Made by a program: the position numbers and the translations under genes. Source: Chiloscyllium plagiosum (taxonomy: Eukaryota). From it: a stretch of 64,000 nucleotides of DNA. The stretch's first letter is position 1; each line of letters opens with the position of its first letter. Shown piece by piece: positions 38,884-50,495 of this stretch. The stretch spans positions 34,702,667-34,766,666 of the forward strand of contig NC_057718.1 in NCBI RefSeq assembly GCF_004010195.1, written 5' to 3'. The notes beneath the pieces were generated by a model. The model did no database searches, had not been told where the DNA came from, and saw only the letters and a program-made list of their open reading frames with translations.

Positions 38884-40456
38884 GTATCCACTTCCCTCTA
38901 GCAATAGAAATATCTGATGCCTGTTGGAGGTTTAAGGGGACTAATCCAAACTTTTAATAGGCCTATTATTCATGTATTCAACTTGTCTCCCTTTTGCTAG
39001 CATTCCAGTTGGGCCCACTAATGTCCTTCACAGACCTTGAATCCCTTCTTCAGCTCCCCACATTTTGTGCCTTTGGCTTCTATGGGGCAGCCAAACAGGC
39101 TTTCTGAGGGTGAGCATGAACCTGGCGTTACTGGGTCATTGGATTTTACTGGACGTTTCCACCAGACTCCCACTGGAGTTACAGGGGGAATTTGGCAGAA
39201 CATTTGAGTAAATACAGGGCTCTTGTTGCCAGTGAGCTACAGCTTGTTTCCACATCAATGCATATAATAACCTATTTCCTGTTAGTTTCACAGGACCTGG
39301 AATTACATCATTTTATTTCAATGGAACCCAAAAGCAGTCCAGGATTTGTGAAATTGATAGTTTCTTGGTTAGATTTCTTGCTCCTGTTGAGACTGCTTGG
39401 CCCAGCTGTTATGACTGTTGTCTGCAACTCAGGTGCAAATTCAAATCCAATTCCAAAACTGACATTAAATAATCTGAAGACTATGTTTAGGTTATGGGCC
39501 AGAATGTCAGATTTGCGCTATTAACTCCACCTACTAATTTCCACATTGTGGGAGACAATGACAGTGGGACAGCACTTACATCACAGCAATCTTCACCAGA
39601 AGAATAGGTTTGCACTGATATTATTCTGTAGGCACAGGGACAAGCAGATGCTGGTTCCCAAATTGTAGATCAGTATGAAGACAACACAAAAATAACACAC
39701 CAATACTAAGACAAAAACAATGCACTGCACCATTATAATCTTAATCACATTTAGCCATTAGTCCATTGAATCAGAAACCTTGCATTATAATTAATCAGGG
39801 TAATTCTTAACAATCACTAGAGATACATTCTTTTCAAAGAGCTGGTTGGACTATATTGAGAAAATGTTACACATTGAGAAATTGTGAAATGTTACCAGCT
39901 GGGATCTGGGTTGGCTGGGATGAGCCTGCCTTGGCAAAGTGCTGAAAACTATTTCTCTCATTAGTTTGGGCTGGATTCAGGATTGGGTGGCACAGATGAA
40001 AATATAATGTCATAAAGCCGTTCTACTATCCAGCACTCTAGGAGACCAATTTAAAATATAAATGCATTAACTTATATGTAAATCATGGCAGATATCCCCT
40101 CAATGTTTATTTTAATATAAAGAAACATCCATTTCCTTGAATCCATGGAACAGTCTCACAAGAACTGAAGAATGAAGACTCTGTCCATGGATCACCATGC
40201 ACTCTTTATCATTTTGGAAAATCAGCTTAAAATCCAAATCCAAGGCAGACATTTAGAGATTGTACTACAGTTCAAACTTTTGGCCTTTTTGTTGAAATAG
40301 TGAAACTTCGCACTTATAATATAGGCTGATTTTCCCAACATGAAGTAATGACATATTACTATTACTATTATGACTATTACTTGTCTGTTCAAGTTAAGCC
40401 CAATACCTGCATAAATAGGGGACATTTTCATTTTTAGTTCCTCCAGTGTAAAGAAT

Positions 40457-41013
40457 GAGTACCAATCAACCACACCGCCCTGTGGCCCAACATTTCAACT
40501 CCCCCTCCCATTCTGCCGAGGACATGGAGGTCCTGGGCCTCCTTCACCGCCGCTCCCTCACCACCAGACGCCTGGAGGAAGAATGCCTCATCTTCCGCCT
40601 CGGAACACTTCAACCCCAGGGCATCAATGTGGACTTCAACAGTTTCCTCATTTCCCCTTCCCCCACCTCACCCTAGTTCTAAACTTCCAGCTCGGCGCTG
40701 ACCCCATGACTTGTCCGGACATGTCCTACCTGCCTATCTCCTTTTCCACCTATCCACTCCACCCTCTCCCCCCTGACCTATCACCTTCATCCCCTCCCCC
40801 ACTCACCCATTGTACTCTATGCTACTTTCTCCCCACCCCTACCCTCCTCTAGCTTATCTCTCCACGCTCCAGGATCACTGCCTTTATTCCTGATGAAGGG
40901 CTTTTGCCCGAAACGTCGATTTCGAAGCTCCTTGGATGCTGCCTGAACTGCTGAGCTCTTCCAGCACCACTAATCCAGAATCTGGTTTCCAGCATCTACA
41001 GTCATTGTTTTTA
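40457..41013 (+). mobile_element. PLE family A 3' end (GIY-YIG C-terminus plus 3' repeat)
   Basis: ORF 40455-40676: HRPVAQHFNSPSHS...RRLEEECLIFRLGTLQPQGINVDF. Confidence 0.9.
40890..40917 (+). ncRNA. Minimal hammerhead ribozyme motif, intact core
   Basis: CTGATGA-A-GGGC/TTTT/GCCC-GAAA-CGTC. Confidence 0.8.
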
Positions 41014-41027
41014 CCCCTATTGCAGAC

Positions 41028-41174
41028 TAGAGTCAAGATTTCGAGTTGTGCTGGAAAAGCACAGCAGGTCAGGCAGCATCCTGCTCCTCGGATGTTGCCT
41101 GACCTGCTGTGCTTTTCCAGCACCATTCTAATCTTGACTCTGATCTCCAGCAACTGCAGTCCTCACGTTCACCC
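41028..41174. mobile_element. Fold-back PLE family A tail insertion
   Basis: Arms 41048-41081 and 41090-41123 pair with one G-U. TSD ATTGCAGAC at 41019-41027 and 41175-41183. Confidence 0.85.
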
Positions 41175-42334
41175 ATTGCAGACGAGTACACTGCAAGGTC
41201 CAGGGTTATGTGGTCAGGAACATACTAACTTTTAAGCTCCTGCAAAAGCTCAATGGGATCTAAAGCCTTCTCACCATAAGATACTGTGGAAACCATGTAA
41301 AACCCCCAGGGCCATATGGGCTATGAAATGATTGTTGTAATATAAGTTCTAATTTTAAGTCAGGCACCTCAGAGTACCACATACGGAATTGAAAGAAACA
41401 GCTTTACACTTTATGTAATGTTACATTTGAACTATTTTGAAATGAGCCATTACAAATTTTATGAATAACGTTCACTATCGGAAAAAAAACAGTTCTTCCT
41501 GAACAGTGCTCTCTGTTTTTGAAACATTCAGCCATCAATCAGGTGCAAACTGCTTTCAGTTTCCCGTCCATTCACTTTAATAGGCAGAAGATTATTGATG
41601 AGTGGCTTGTGCCTGATTTTCAAATCGTTACACACAGGCCAATGAAACACTGCACTAGAAATATTAAAGCATTGGCAATTACAGCTGATAGCTCCATTAA
41701 TCCGATTCTACAAAACTACATGGTTCATAATTTCAATGAAGTGCTAAGGTACTATTTATTCAGCACCAATGGATATTTTTTCATGATCCATGAGGTAAAA
41801 GAGCTATTCAAATATTACCAATTGCCTATCAGATAACCTACATATTTAGTTTATATATATCCTCTTCCCTTACTAGTTATTGTCATATTTCTTCCACAAA
41901 ATACCCCTTACCTCATGTAGCCATTAATGTCTTTCATTGGATGGGAAAGCATGCTGCACAGTCCTCCATAAACATGTTCAAGGCTTCAAAGAGTAAAAAT
42001 GTTTACATTATTCTATAGTCGCTCATGCATGACCAAGTGATGATCTGAAGGTAGCAGCACGTAATGGTTTATTTGTCATTTTGATGGATCCTATGAGTGT
42101 GTTAAGGTCAGACGTCTCCTGAAATGCACACAGAGTGGTGCAACTAACAGTCCAGCAAATTTAGAATGAGAATAGTATCTGATTACAATTTGCAAATCTT
42201 CAAATGTTACTTTACAACAATTGAACAGAGAAGTAAACTCTTTTGCAACAGATTTATAGCCATGTATTCATGTCCCACTGCTAAGAACTGTGTGCATAAT
42301 AGTGGGCTGATACTCCAGTGCTGCACTAGTAGAG

Positions 42335-42695
42335 ATGCCAGAGAACCCCTACATTGTGGAAGCAGGCCATTCAACCCATCAAATCCACACTCAGTCTCCG
42401 AAGAGCTTTCCACCCAGATACACACTCTCCTACATCCCCGACACCGCAAATAACCCTGCACTTCCCACGGCTACTCTGCACATCTCTGGATACTATGGGC
42501 AATTTAGCATGGCCAACGCACCTAACCTAACCTGTACATCTTTGGACTGTGGGAGGAAACCAGAGCATACAGAGGAAACCCACGCAGACACCGAGATAAT
42601 GTGTAAACTCCACACAGTTGCCCAAGTGTAAAATTGAACCCAGGTCCCTGGCATTGTGAAACTGTAGTGCTCACCACTAAGCCACCGTGCCATCC
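42335..42695 (-). mobile_element. Older V-SINE
   Basis: GGGCAATTTAGCATGGCCAA...GGAGGAAACCAGAGCATACAGAGGAAACCCACGCAGACAC aligns with 49665-49986. Confidence 0.88.
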
Positions 42696-43044
42696 AAAGA
42701 GACATTAAATAGTGAAACCTTTCTTTCTAATTGGCATTTATTCATAAGATTTCAGGTTAATCTTTCTTAAACTAACGGATTAAGGGAGGAAGATATCCTT
42801 ACAAATTACTGCCAGCATATTGATCACAATAATGAAGATTAATTCAAAATTTTTTAGTGAAGGAGTGATGCCTATCTTGTATGAATTAATTTTCTCATTG
42901 AAATATAATCAAAAATAATTAAATTTGTTTTTGTAAAGCAAAGGTCACAACCTTGAGATATCCCAAACTATTTCACAATCATTTGACATGCAATCACAAT
43001 TTCAATGTAAAAGTGCAGGGGCCAATTTGCATATAGCAAAGTTA

Positions 43045-43685
43045 CAGAGTCATAGCAATCTACAGCAAGGAAACAGACTCATCAGTCCAACTTGTCCATG
43101 CTAACCAGATATCCTAAATAAATCTAGTCCCATTTGCCAGCAATTGATCCATATCCCTCTGAACCCTTCCCATTCATATACCCATCCAGATGCCTTTTAA
43201 ATGTTGAAATTGTACCAGCCTCCACCACTTCCTTTGGCAACTCTTTCCAGCACCACCCTCTGCGTGAAAAGGTTACCTCTTAGATCCCTTTTAAATTTTT
43301 CCCCTCTCACCCTAAACTTATGCCCTGTAGTTTTCAACTCCCCCATCTGGGGAAAAGACTTTGTCCATTTATCCTATCCATGCCCCTCATGATTTTATAA
43401 ACCTCTATGAGGTCACCCTCAGCCTCTGACGCTCCAGGGAAAATAACCTCAGCCTCTTCAGCCTCTCCCTGTAGCTCAAATCCTCCAATCCCAGCAACAT
43501 CTTTGTAAATATTTTCTGAACCTTTTCAAGTTTCACAACATCCTTCCGAAAGGAAAGAGACCAGAATTGCACGCAATATTTCAAAAGTAGCCTAACCAAT
43601 GTCCTGAACAGCTGCAACATGATCTCCCAACACCTATACTCAATGCACTGACAAATAAAGGCATACATACCAAATGCCTTCGCCC
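43045..43685 (-). mobile_element. CR1 LINE 3' part
   Basis: ORF 43405-43689 (LVRLLLKYCVQFWS...YRERLKRL). Confidence 0.92.
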
Positions 43686-43689
43686 ACAA

Positions 43690-43935
43690 AAAAGGTGATA
43701 TATTTGACTCATCAATCTATTTTACTGACAGGCTAAGATATGAATATTGGCTACTTTCCTGTTATTCTTCAAAATAATGCTGTGGGATTTCATTTTACAC
43801 TCACCTGCCCAGGTTAACATCTTATTCTATAATGGCACCTCTGACAATGCAGCATTCCCTCAGTACCACATAAAACTGTCAGCCTAATTTTTAAGCTGAA
43901 GTCCTTGGAGTGGAACTGAGAGGTGAGTGCACTGT
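43690..43935 (-). mobile_element. Deu-domain SINE, with its 3' part at ~42935-43044 beyond the CR1
   Basis: GGCACCTCTGACAATGCAGCATTCCCTCAGTAC is the reverse complement of the Deu-like core. Confidence 0.6.
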
Positions 43936-43947
43936 CAGTAATTCATA

Positions 43948-45234
43948 GACTCATAGAGTCATAGAGATGTACAGCATGGAAACAGATCCTTCGGTCCAAC
44001 CCGTCCATGCCGACCAGATATCCCAACCCAAACTATTTCCACCTGCCAGCACCTGGCCCATATCCCTCCAAACCCTTCCTATTCATATACCCATCCAAAT
44101 GCCTCTTAAATGTTGCAATTGTACCAGCCTCCACCAGTTCCTCTGGCAGCTCATTCCATACATGTGCCACTCTCTGAGTGAAAAAGTTGCCACTTAGGTC
44201 TCTTTCATATCTTTCCCCTCTCACCCTAAACCTATGCCCTCTAGTTCTGGACTCCCTGAACCCCGGGAAAAGACTTTGCCTATTTACCCTATCTATGCCC
44301 CTCATAATTTTGTAAATCTCTATAAGGTCACCCCTCAGCCTCCGATGCTCCAGGGAAAACAGCCCCAGCCTGTTCAGCCTCTCGCTATAGGTCAAGTACT
44401 CCAACTCTGGCAACATCCCTGTAAATCTTTTCTGAACTCTTTCAAGTTTTGCAACATCTTTCCAATAGGAAGGAGACCAGAATTGCACACAATATTCCAA
44501 CATTGGTATAACCAATGTCCTGTACAGCCACAACATGACCTCCCAACTCCTGTACTCAATACTCTGACCAATAAAGGAAATCATATCAAATGCCTTCTTC
44601 ACTATCCTATCGACCTGCAACTCCACTTTCAAGGAGCTATGAACGTGCACTCCAAGGTCTCTTTGTTCAGCAACACTCTCTAGGACCTTACCATTAAGTG
44701 TATAAGTCCTGCTAAGATATGCTTTCCCAAAATGCAGCACCTTGCATTTATCTAAATTAAACTCCATCTGCCACTCCTCAGCCCATTGGCCCATCTGATC
44801 AAGATCCTGTTGTAATTTGAGGTAACCTTCTTCGCTGTCTACTACACCTCCAATTTTGGTGTCATCTGCAAACTTACTATCATTACCTCTTATGCTCACA
44901 TCCAAATCATTTATGTAAATGACAAAAAGTAGAGGACCCAGCACAGATCCTTGTGGCACTCCACTGGTCACAGGCCTCCAGTCTGAAAAACAACCCTCCA
45001 CCGCCACCCTCTGTTTTCTACCTTTGAGCCAGTTCTGTATCCAAATGACTAGTTCTCCCTGTATTCCATGAGATCTAACCTTGCTAATCAGTCTCCCATG
45101 AGAAACCTTGTTGAACACCTTACTGAAGTCCGTATAGATCACATCTACCACTCTGCCCTCATTAATCCTGTTTGTTACTTCCTCAAAAAACTCAATCAGG
45201 TTTGTGAGACATGATTGCCCATGCTCAAAGTCAT
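43948..45234 (-). mobile_element. Young CR1 LINE ORF2 3' part (reverse transcriptase), open for ~400 codons
   Basis: ORF 44033-45244: SCLTNL, YTDFSKVFNKV, SGVPQGSVLGPLLF, KFADDTK. (CTATGACT/G)n tail. Confidence 0.97.
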
Positions 45235-45656
45235 TGGAGTGCATCTGGGAAAATTAACAAACAGTGAAATTCACAACTGATCATGGAGGAACTGTTGGGT
45301 GAAGTTCACAGCACAGAATCAGATAAGTTAATCATTGTTTTTAAGTGTAGCCTACAGAGAATCTGCAGTAGTGAGTCGAGTGCGTTCTTTCTTGATTTTA
45401 TGTTTTTGGAGATCTGTCTCTTGATTAAACTTAAAATATAAGCCATAACTAATAATTTAACCTGGGGCAATATTTGTAGAGGAATAAGATGTTGTTATTT
45501 TCTGGGTATGTAGATTGTGAAGGGGCAAAAATGGCCTTTAATAAAGTGATATGTATCTGACTTCTTGTCAGATGTGGGAGTTTAAAGAGAGTTTAAGAGT
45601 TACTGTGGATTATATCTGCCATAAATGCTGTTGGCTGTGAATCTTAACTTATCAGA
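45235..45656 (+). mobile_element. CR1 5'UTR and ORF1 start, inverted relative to the adjoining ORF2
   Basis: ATG at 45531. MAFNKVIC/TSCQMWEFKESLRVTVDYICHKCCWL matches the CxxC...CxxC N-terminus of CR1 ORF1 after a 5-nt insertion is removed. Confidence 0.75.
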
Positions 45657-48324
45657 AATTCATAATAGACAAAAAAAACAATGCAATGACCTACCATAGA
45701 ATTGTTAGAGCTCGTGTGAGGCCATTTGGCCTCATATCCACACCAGCTCTCTGAACAAAAAACTCACCCAGTGCAATTTGCCTTCCTTCTCTCCATAACC
45801 CTGCACATGCGTCCTTATGACAGTTTGTTAGTACAAACGTACGGCCAAATTTGTCATCTGTTTATAGTCAAAATAATTATATGACCTGGTTTCTGTATTA
45901 ATATTAGCTGATGAATAATCATGAAACTCTATACTGCCTGTGTAAGTCTTGGAAACAAAAATTGAAACAGGAATATTCGACGTTAAAGGCAAAAATATAA
46001 AGGTGAATGATAGTCTGGAGGATAGAAGACAGTTTCAAATAGTTCACATTATATTTATATGGCCATTGAACACAATATGATATGATAGATTATGGAAAGG
46101 AAAAGCATTCAGTAAGTCAGCGCAATCATTCAGAGAGACTTCAGAGTTACCCCCCCATCAAAGTTTCAATGCATACATTGAATGTGCCATCAATGTACTG
46201 GCATGGCATTTTGCATGGCAATGAAAACGTGGCTGGAATAAGTTTTAAGCTACATCTGTGGGAATTCTAAAGCAGAAAGCAGGCAGGAAAGTAAATGCCA
46301 AACTGGGCCAAGTTTAGGCTTAAGTACAATTGTCAGTTGCTGTTTCTTGTGTTGCCTCATGTCTGTTTAAGGGTAAGTTGCTGAGATGTTTCTGAAGTAA
46401 CTATGTTAAGTCTCCGGGGCGTGCACTTAGTAGTGGACCTCAAACAATAAACATCATAATGCAATATATTGAAGTTTGAGATAAATACATATACACCCAC
46501 TTTTTAAGATAATGCTGATATTGAATATTCTATCCAGCATTCATATTAAAAAAGCCTATGATAGTGAGAAATTTGTCTCCATTTCCCAAAAGCTAATACT
46601 TTTCTAACTCTCTTAAAGAACACAGCATGTTTCCCTATAGTATTTCTTCTCAATAAATGTCCTTTGTGACCAAAGGCAAAGGGTGCAGATTAAATCTATC
46701 CCACCTTTTTCCCTGCAGCTGCTGTACACAGGGCCGGTGTGAGCAGGGTGCAGCTTTGTAACTCAATCCCCTTTCCCGCCTGCAGTGCTGAAAAAATGTG
46801 ATTCAAAGCTCCGTTTCAGGAGACAACTGGCCCAACTCGAATGATAGCCTGCATCAGAGAATGGGCTCATTGTGGCTATCTGTGCTTCACCAGGCCCAGT
46901 ATTTTTCGAGCCTTGATATTCAGGTCAGCTGAATAATTACTGCCTTGGAGGATGAAGAAAAATGATTAGGTGAAACAAAAGCTGCTGCATACTTAACCCT
47001 TGAAGGACAGGCAGCATTTCTTTGTAGGATGGAACACCCTTCACAGTGAGATGCAGAGAATTTGATCTGGGGTTGGGTTGGTTGGGTGAGTTGGGCAGCA
47101 GTAGCGTTGCTGTTAATTTGCCTGCTGGTTTAAGTAGCTTGGTGTAGGGTTTCCCTCACAGGATGCAGAAGGTTAAGTATCACTTGCTTCAGTTTGTTTA
47201 AAATAAAAGAAAACAAATGTTGGTATTCTGGGATGTGGCTTACTTCAGTCAATAGTTGACTGTGTGAAAACAAAGCAAGTTATGTATTGGATGTGCCAGC
47301 ATCACTTCATAGTTCCTTCTACTTAACCCTTTGCCCTCCTTTCAAATTTGTTCACCTCAAGTTCATTTACTTTAAAGGTACAGTCTGACCATGTGAGCAA
47401 TCATTCACAGAAACAGGAACTTTTGGAGATACTCTGAATGCTGTGGAGACAGTTAACATTTCAAGTCCAGTGTCCCTTCTTCAGATGCTGTCAGAGCAGT
47501 TTCTCCAGCAATTTCTGCTTTTGCGTGTTTCATCTGTTTGTTCACCATCTGTATGAAAACCTAAAGAACTACAGATGCTGTAAATCAGAACCTTCCAAAG
47601 AAGGGTCACTGGACCCAAAACACTAACTTTGATTTCTCCTCACTGAGATTTTGCAGCTCCTTCTGTTTTTGCTTTATCATCTGTAGTTCTTTGTTTTATT
47701 TTCACATTCAGTTGACTTTGTTTCTGGAACGATTAGCTCAGAATTTTCTCTTCAATGTGCTCTACACTGGTTGACAGGATCCATTTGGGTTTTAATTGAG
47801 GCCTTTACCTGAGCAAATCCTAAGAGGAGCATAACAAGGGGATGACTGACTGCTTTTGAACAGCTCTCCCTGCGTTTCGGTGTCCAGGTATCCTCTGTTC
47901 ATTGCTTCTTCACATACACCACTGAGATCAGAAACTCTTATAAACTGTTATAACCACATGCGAATCTAATCTAATCTAATCTAATGAAACAATTCATTTA
48001 ATACAAGCCTTTTGAGTGCAAGTTTACACTTCTATTTTTGCTATGCTTGGATTAATAGCTTCGACTTTCCTACTTTTACCACATGATTTGCAGGACATCT
48101 TAAAATGCTTCTCAGCCAATGAAATACTATTGAAGTTTAGTCACAGTTGCAACATAAGATACACAACAACAAATTTAAGCTCAAGACCTAAGACAGTAAG
48201 GTGGTAATGGCCAGACACTCTGTTTTAACATTGATGGTTGAGAAATTAGTGTCAGTAGGAGGAAAACCTTTTTGCTCAACAACATCTTCAGATCAACTAA
48301 GGAGGCATTTAGCATGCTTGACTC

Positions 48325-48938
48325 CATTGCTGAGAGCATTGAGTAAGGAAGTTGAGACATTATGTTGAGATTATACAGGACATTGGTGAAGCCTCCTCTG
48401 CAGTATTGTGTATGGTTCTTATTGCCCTATGAAGGAAGAATAATATTAAATTGGAGAGAGTTCAGAAAAGATTTACCAGAACATTGCTGGGACTGGAGGG
48501 TTTGAGTTGTAAGGAGAGGTTGGGTAGACTGGAACTTCTTTCACTGGAGAGCAGGAGGTTGAGGGTGACTTTACAGTGGTTATTACAATCTTAGTGGCAT
48601 AGATAAGGTGCATAGCAAAGGTCTTTTCCCTCGGGTGGGGGAGTTCAAAACTAGGAGGCATATTTTTAAGGTGAGGGGAGAAAGATTTAAAAGGGACTTG
48701 AGGGACAACTTTTTCACACAGTTTTTGGTTTGAATGTGGAATGAACTGCCAGATGAAGTGGTAGATGTAGATGCAGTTACAACATTTAAAACAAACTTGG
48801 ATGGGTATATGAATAGGAAAGGGTAGAGGAATATGAGCCAAATGCAGGCAAGTGGGAAAGCTTAGTTTGAGAAACTTGGTCGGCATGGACGAGTTGGACC
48901 GAAGGGTCTGTTTCTGTGCTGTATGACTCTATGACTCT
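48325..48938 (+). mobile_element. CR1 LINE 3' part
   Basis: Colinear with 22950-23563, with a CTATGACT tail. Confidence 0.9.
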
Positions 48939-49204
48939 AAGTCTGGGCAACAAATGTAACCTTGTAACGTTGGTCATAGTCTTAGAACAAAGGTTACCGC
49001 TGCTGCAAAGGATGAATAGAAAATCTAGTTTTTATAATTTGCGCCTTTTTCTTGGCTCTTTTAGAAAACTGGAACTAATGGTGCTCTTCTGAACTTATAC
49101 CTTACTCACAACGGCGGATATTCCCTTCACAACCCATTCATTTTTCAGAAATCCTCCCAGCCTGATTGGGGAGGTACAGATAAATATACAACACCCACAG
49201 AGCT

Positions 49205-50495
49205 ATCATGATTTGGATATGAGCATAAGAGGTACAGTTAATAAGTTTGCAGATGACACCAAAATTGGAGGTGAAGTGGACAGCGAAGAGGGTTACCTAG
49301 ATTACAACAGGATCTTGACCAGATGGGCCAATGGGCTGAGAAGTGGGAGATAGAGTTTAATTCAGATAAATGCGAGGTGCTGCATTTTGGGAAAGCATAT
49401 CTTAGCAGGACTTATACATTTAATGGTAAGGCCCTAGGGAGTGTTGCTGAACAAAGAGAGCTTGGAGTGCAGGTTCATAGCTCCTTGAAAGTGGAGTCGC
49501 AGGTAGATAGGATAGTGAAGAAGGCGTTTGGTATGCTTTCCTTTATTGGTCAGAGTATTGAGTACAGGAGTTGGGAGGTCATGTTGCAGCTGTACAGGAC
49601 ATTGGTTAGGCCACTGTTGGAAAATTGTATGCAATTCTGGTCTCCTTCCTATTGGAAAGATGTTTAGATTAGATTAGATTACATTACAGTGTGGAAACAG
49701 GCCCTTCGGCCCAACAAGTCCATACCGACCCGCCGAAGCGTAATCCACCCATACCCCTATATTTACCCCTTACCTAACACTACGGGCAATTTAGCATGGC
49801 CAATTCACCTGACCCTGCACATCTTTTTTTGGACTGTGGGAGGAAACCGGAGCACCCGGAGGAAACCCACGCAGACACGGGGAGAACGTGCAAACTCCAC
49901 ACAGTCAGTCGCCTGAGGCGGGAATTGAACCCGGGTCTCAGGCGCTGTGAGGCAGCAGTGCTAACCACTGTGCCACCGTGCCGCCCATGTTGTGAAACTT
50001 GAAAGGGTTCTGAAAAGATTTACAAGGATGTTGCCAGAGTTGGAAGATCTGAGCTACATGGAGAGGTTGAACAGGCTGGGGCTGTTTTCCCTGGAACGTC
50101 GGAGGCTGAGGGGTGACCTTATAGAGGTTTACAAAATTATGAGGGGCATGGATCGGATAAATAGACAAAGTCTTTTCCCTGGGGTTGGGGAGTCCAGAAC
50201 TAGAGGGCATAGGTTTAGGGTGAGAGGGGAAAGATATAAAAGAGACCTAAGGGGCAACATTTTCATGCAGAGGGTTACACGTGTATGGAATGAGCTGCCA
50301 GAGGGACTGGCGGAGGCTGGTACAATTGCAACATTTAAGAGGCATTTGGATGGGTATATGAATAGGGAAGGTTTGGAGGGATATGGGCCGGGTGCTGGCA
50401 GGTGGGACTAGATTGGGTTGGAATGTCTGGTCGGCATGGACGGGTTGGACCGAAGGATCTGTTTCCATGCTGTACATCTCTATGACTCTATGACT
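49205..50495 (+). mobile_element. CR1 LINE 3' part split by a SINE
   Basis: ORFs 49323-49667 and 49992-50411 are contiguous CR1 ORF2 once the SINE is removed. Confidence 0.96.
49665..49986 (-). mobile_element. Full-length young V-SINE (HE1-like)
   Basis: Head GGGCGGCACGGTGGCACAGTGGTTAGC, B box GGTTCAATTCC, CR1-like tail, TSD ATGTT at 49660-49664 and 49987-49991. Confidence 0.95.

Noticed and set aside
44033..45244. 403-aa reverse transcriptase ORF as a functional gene or a retron/DGR-like system
   Set aside because: It is a truncated CR1 ORF2 lacking the endonuclease and the RT N-terminus, and many near-identical fragments are present in the window.
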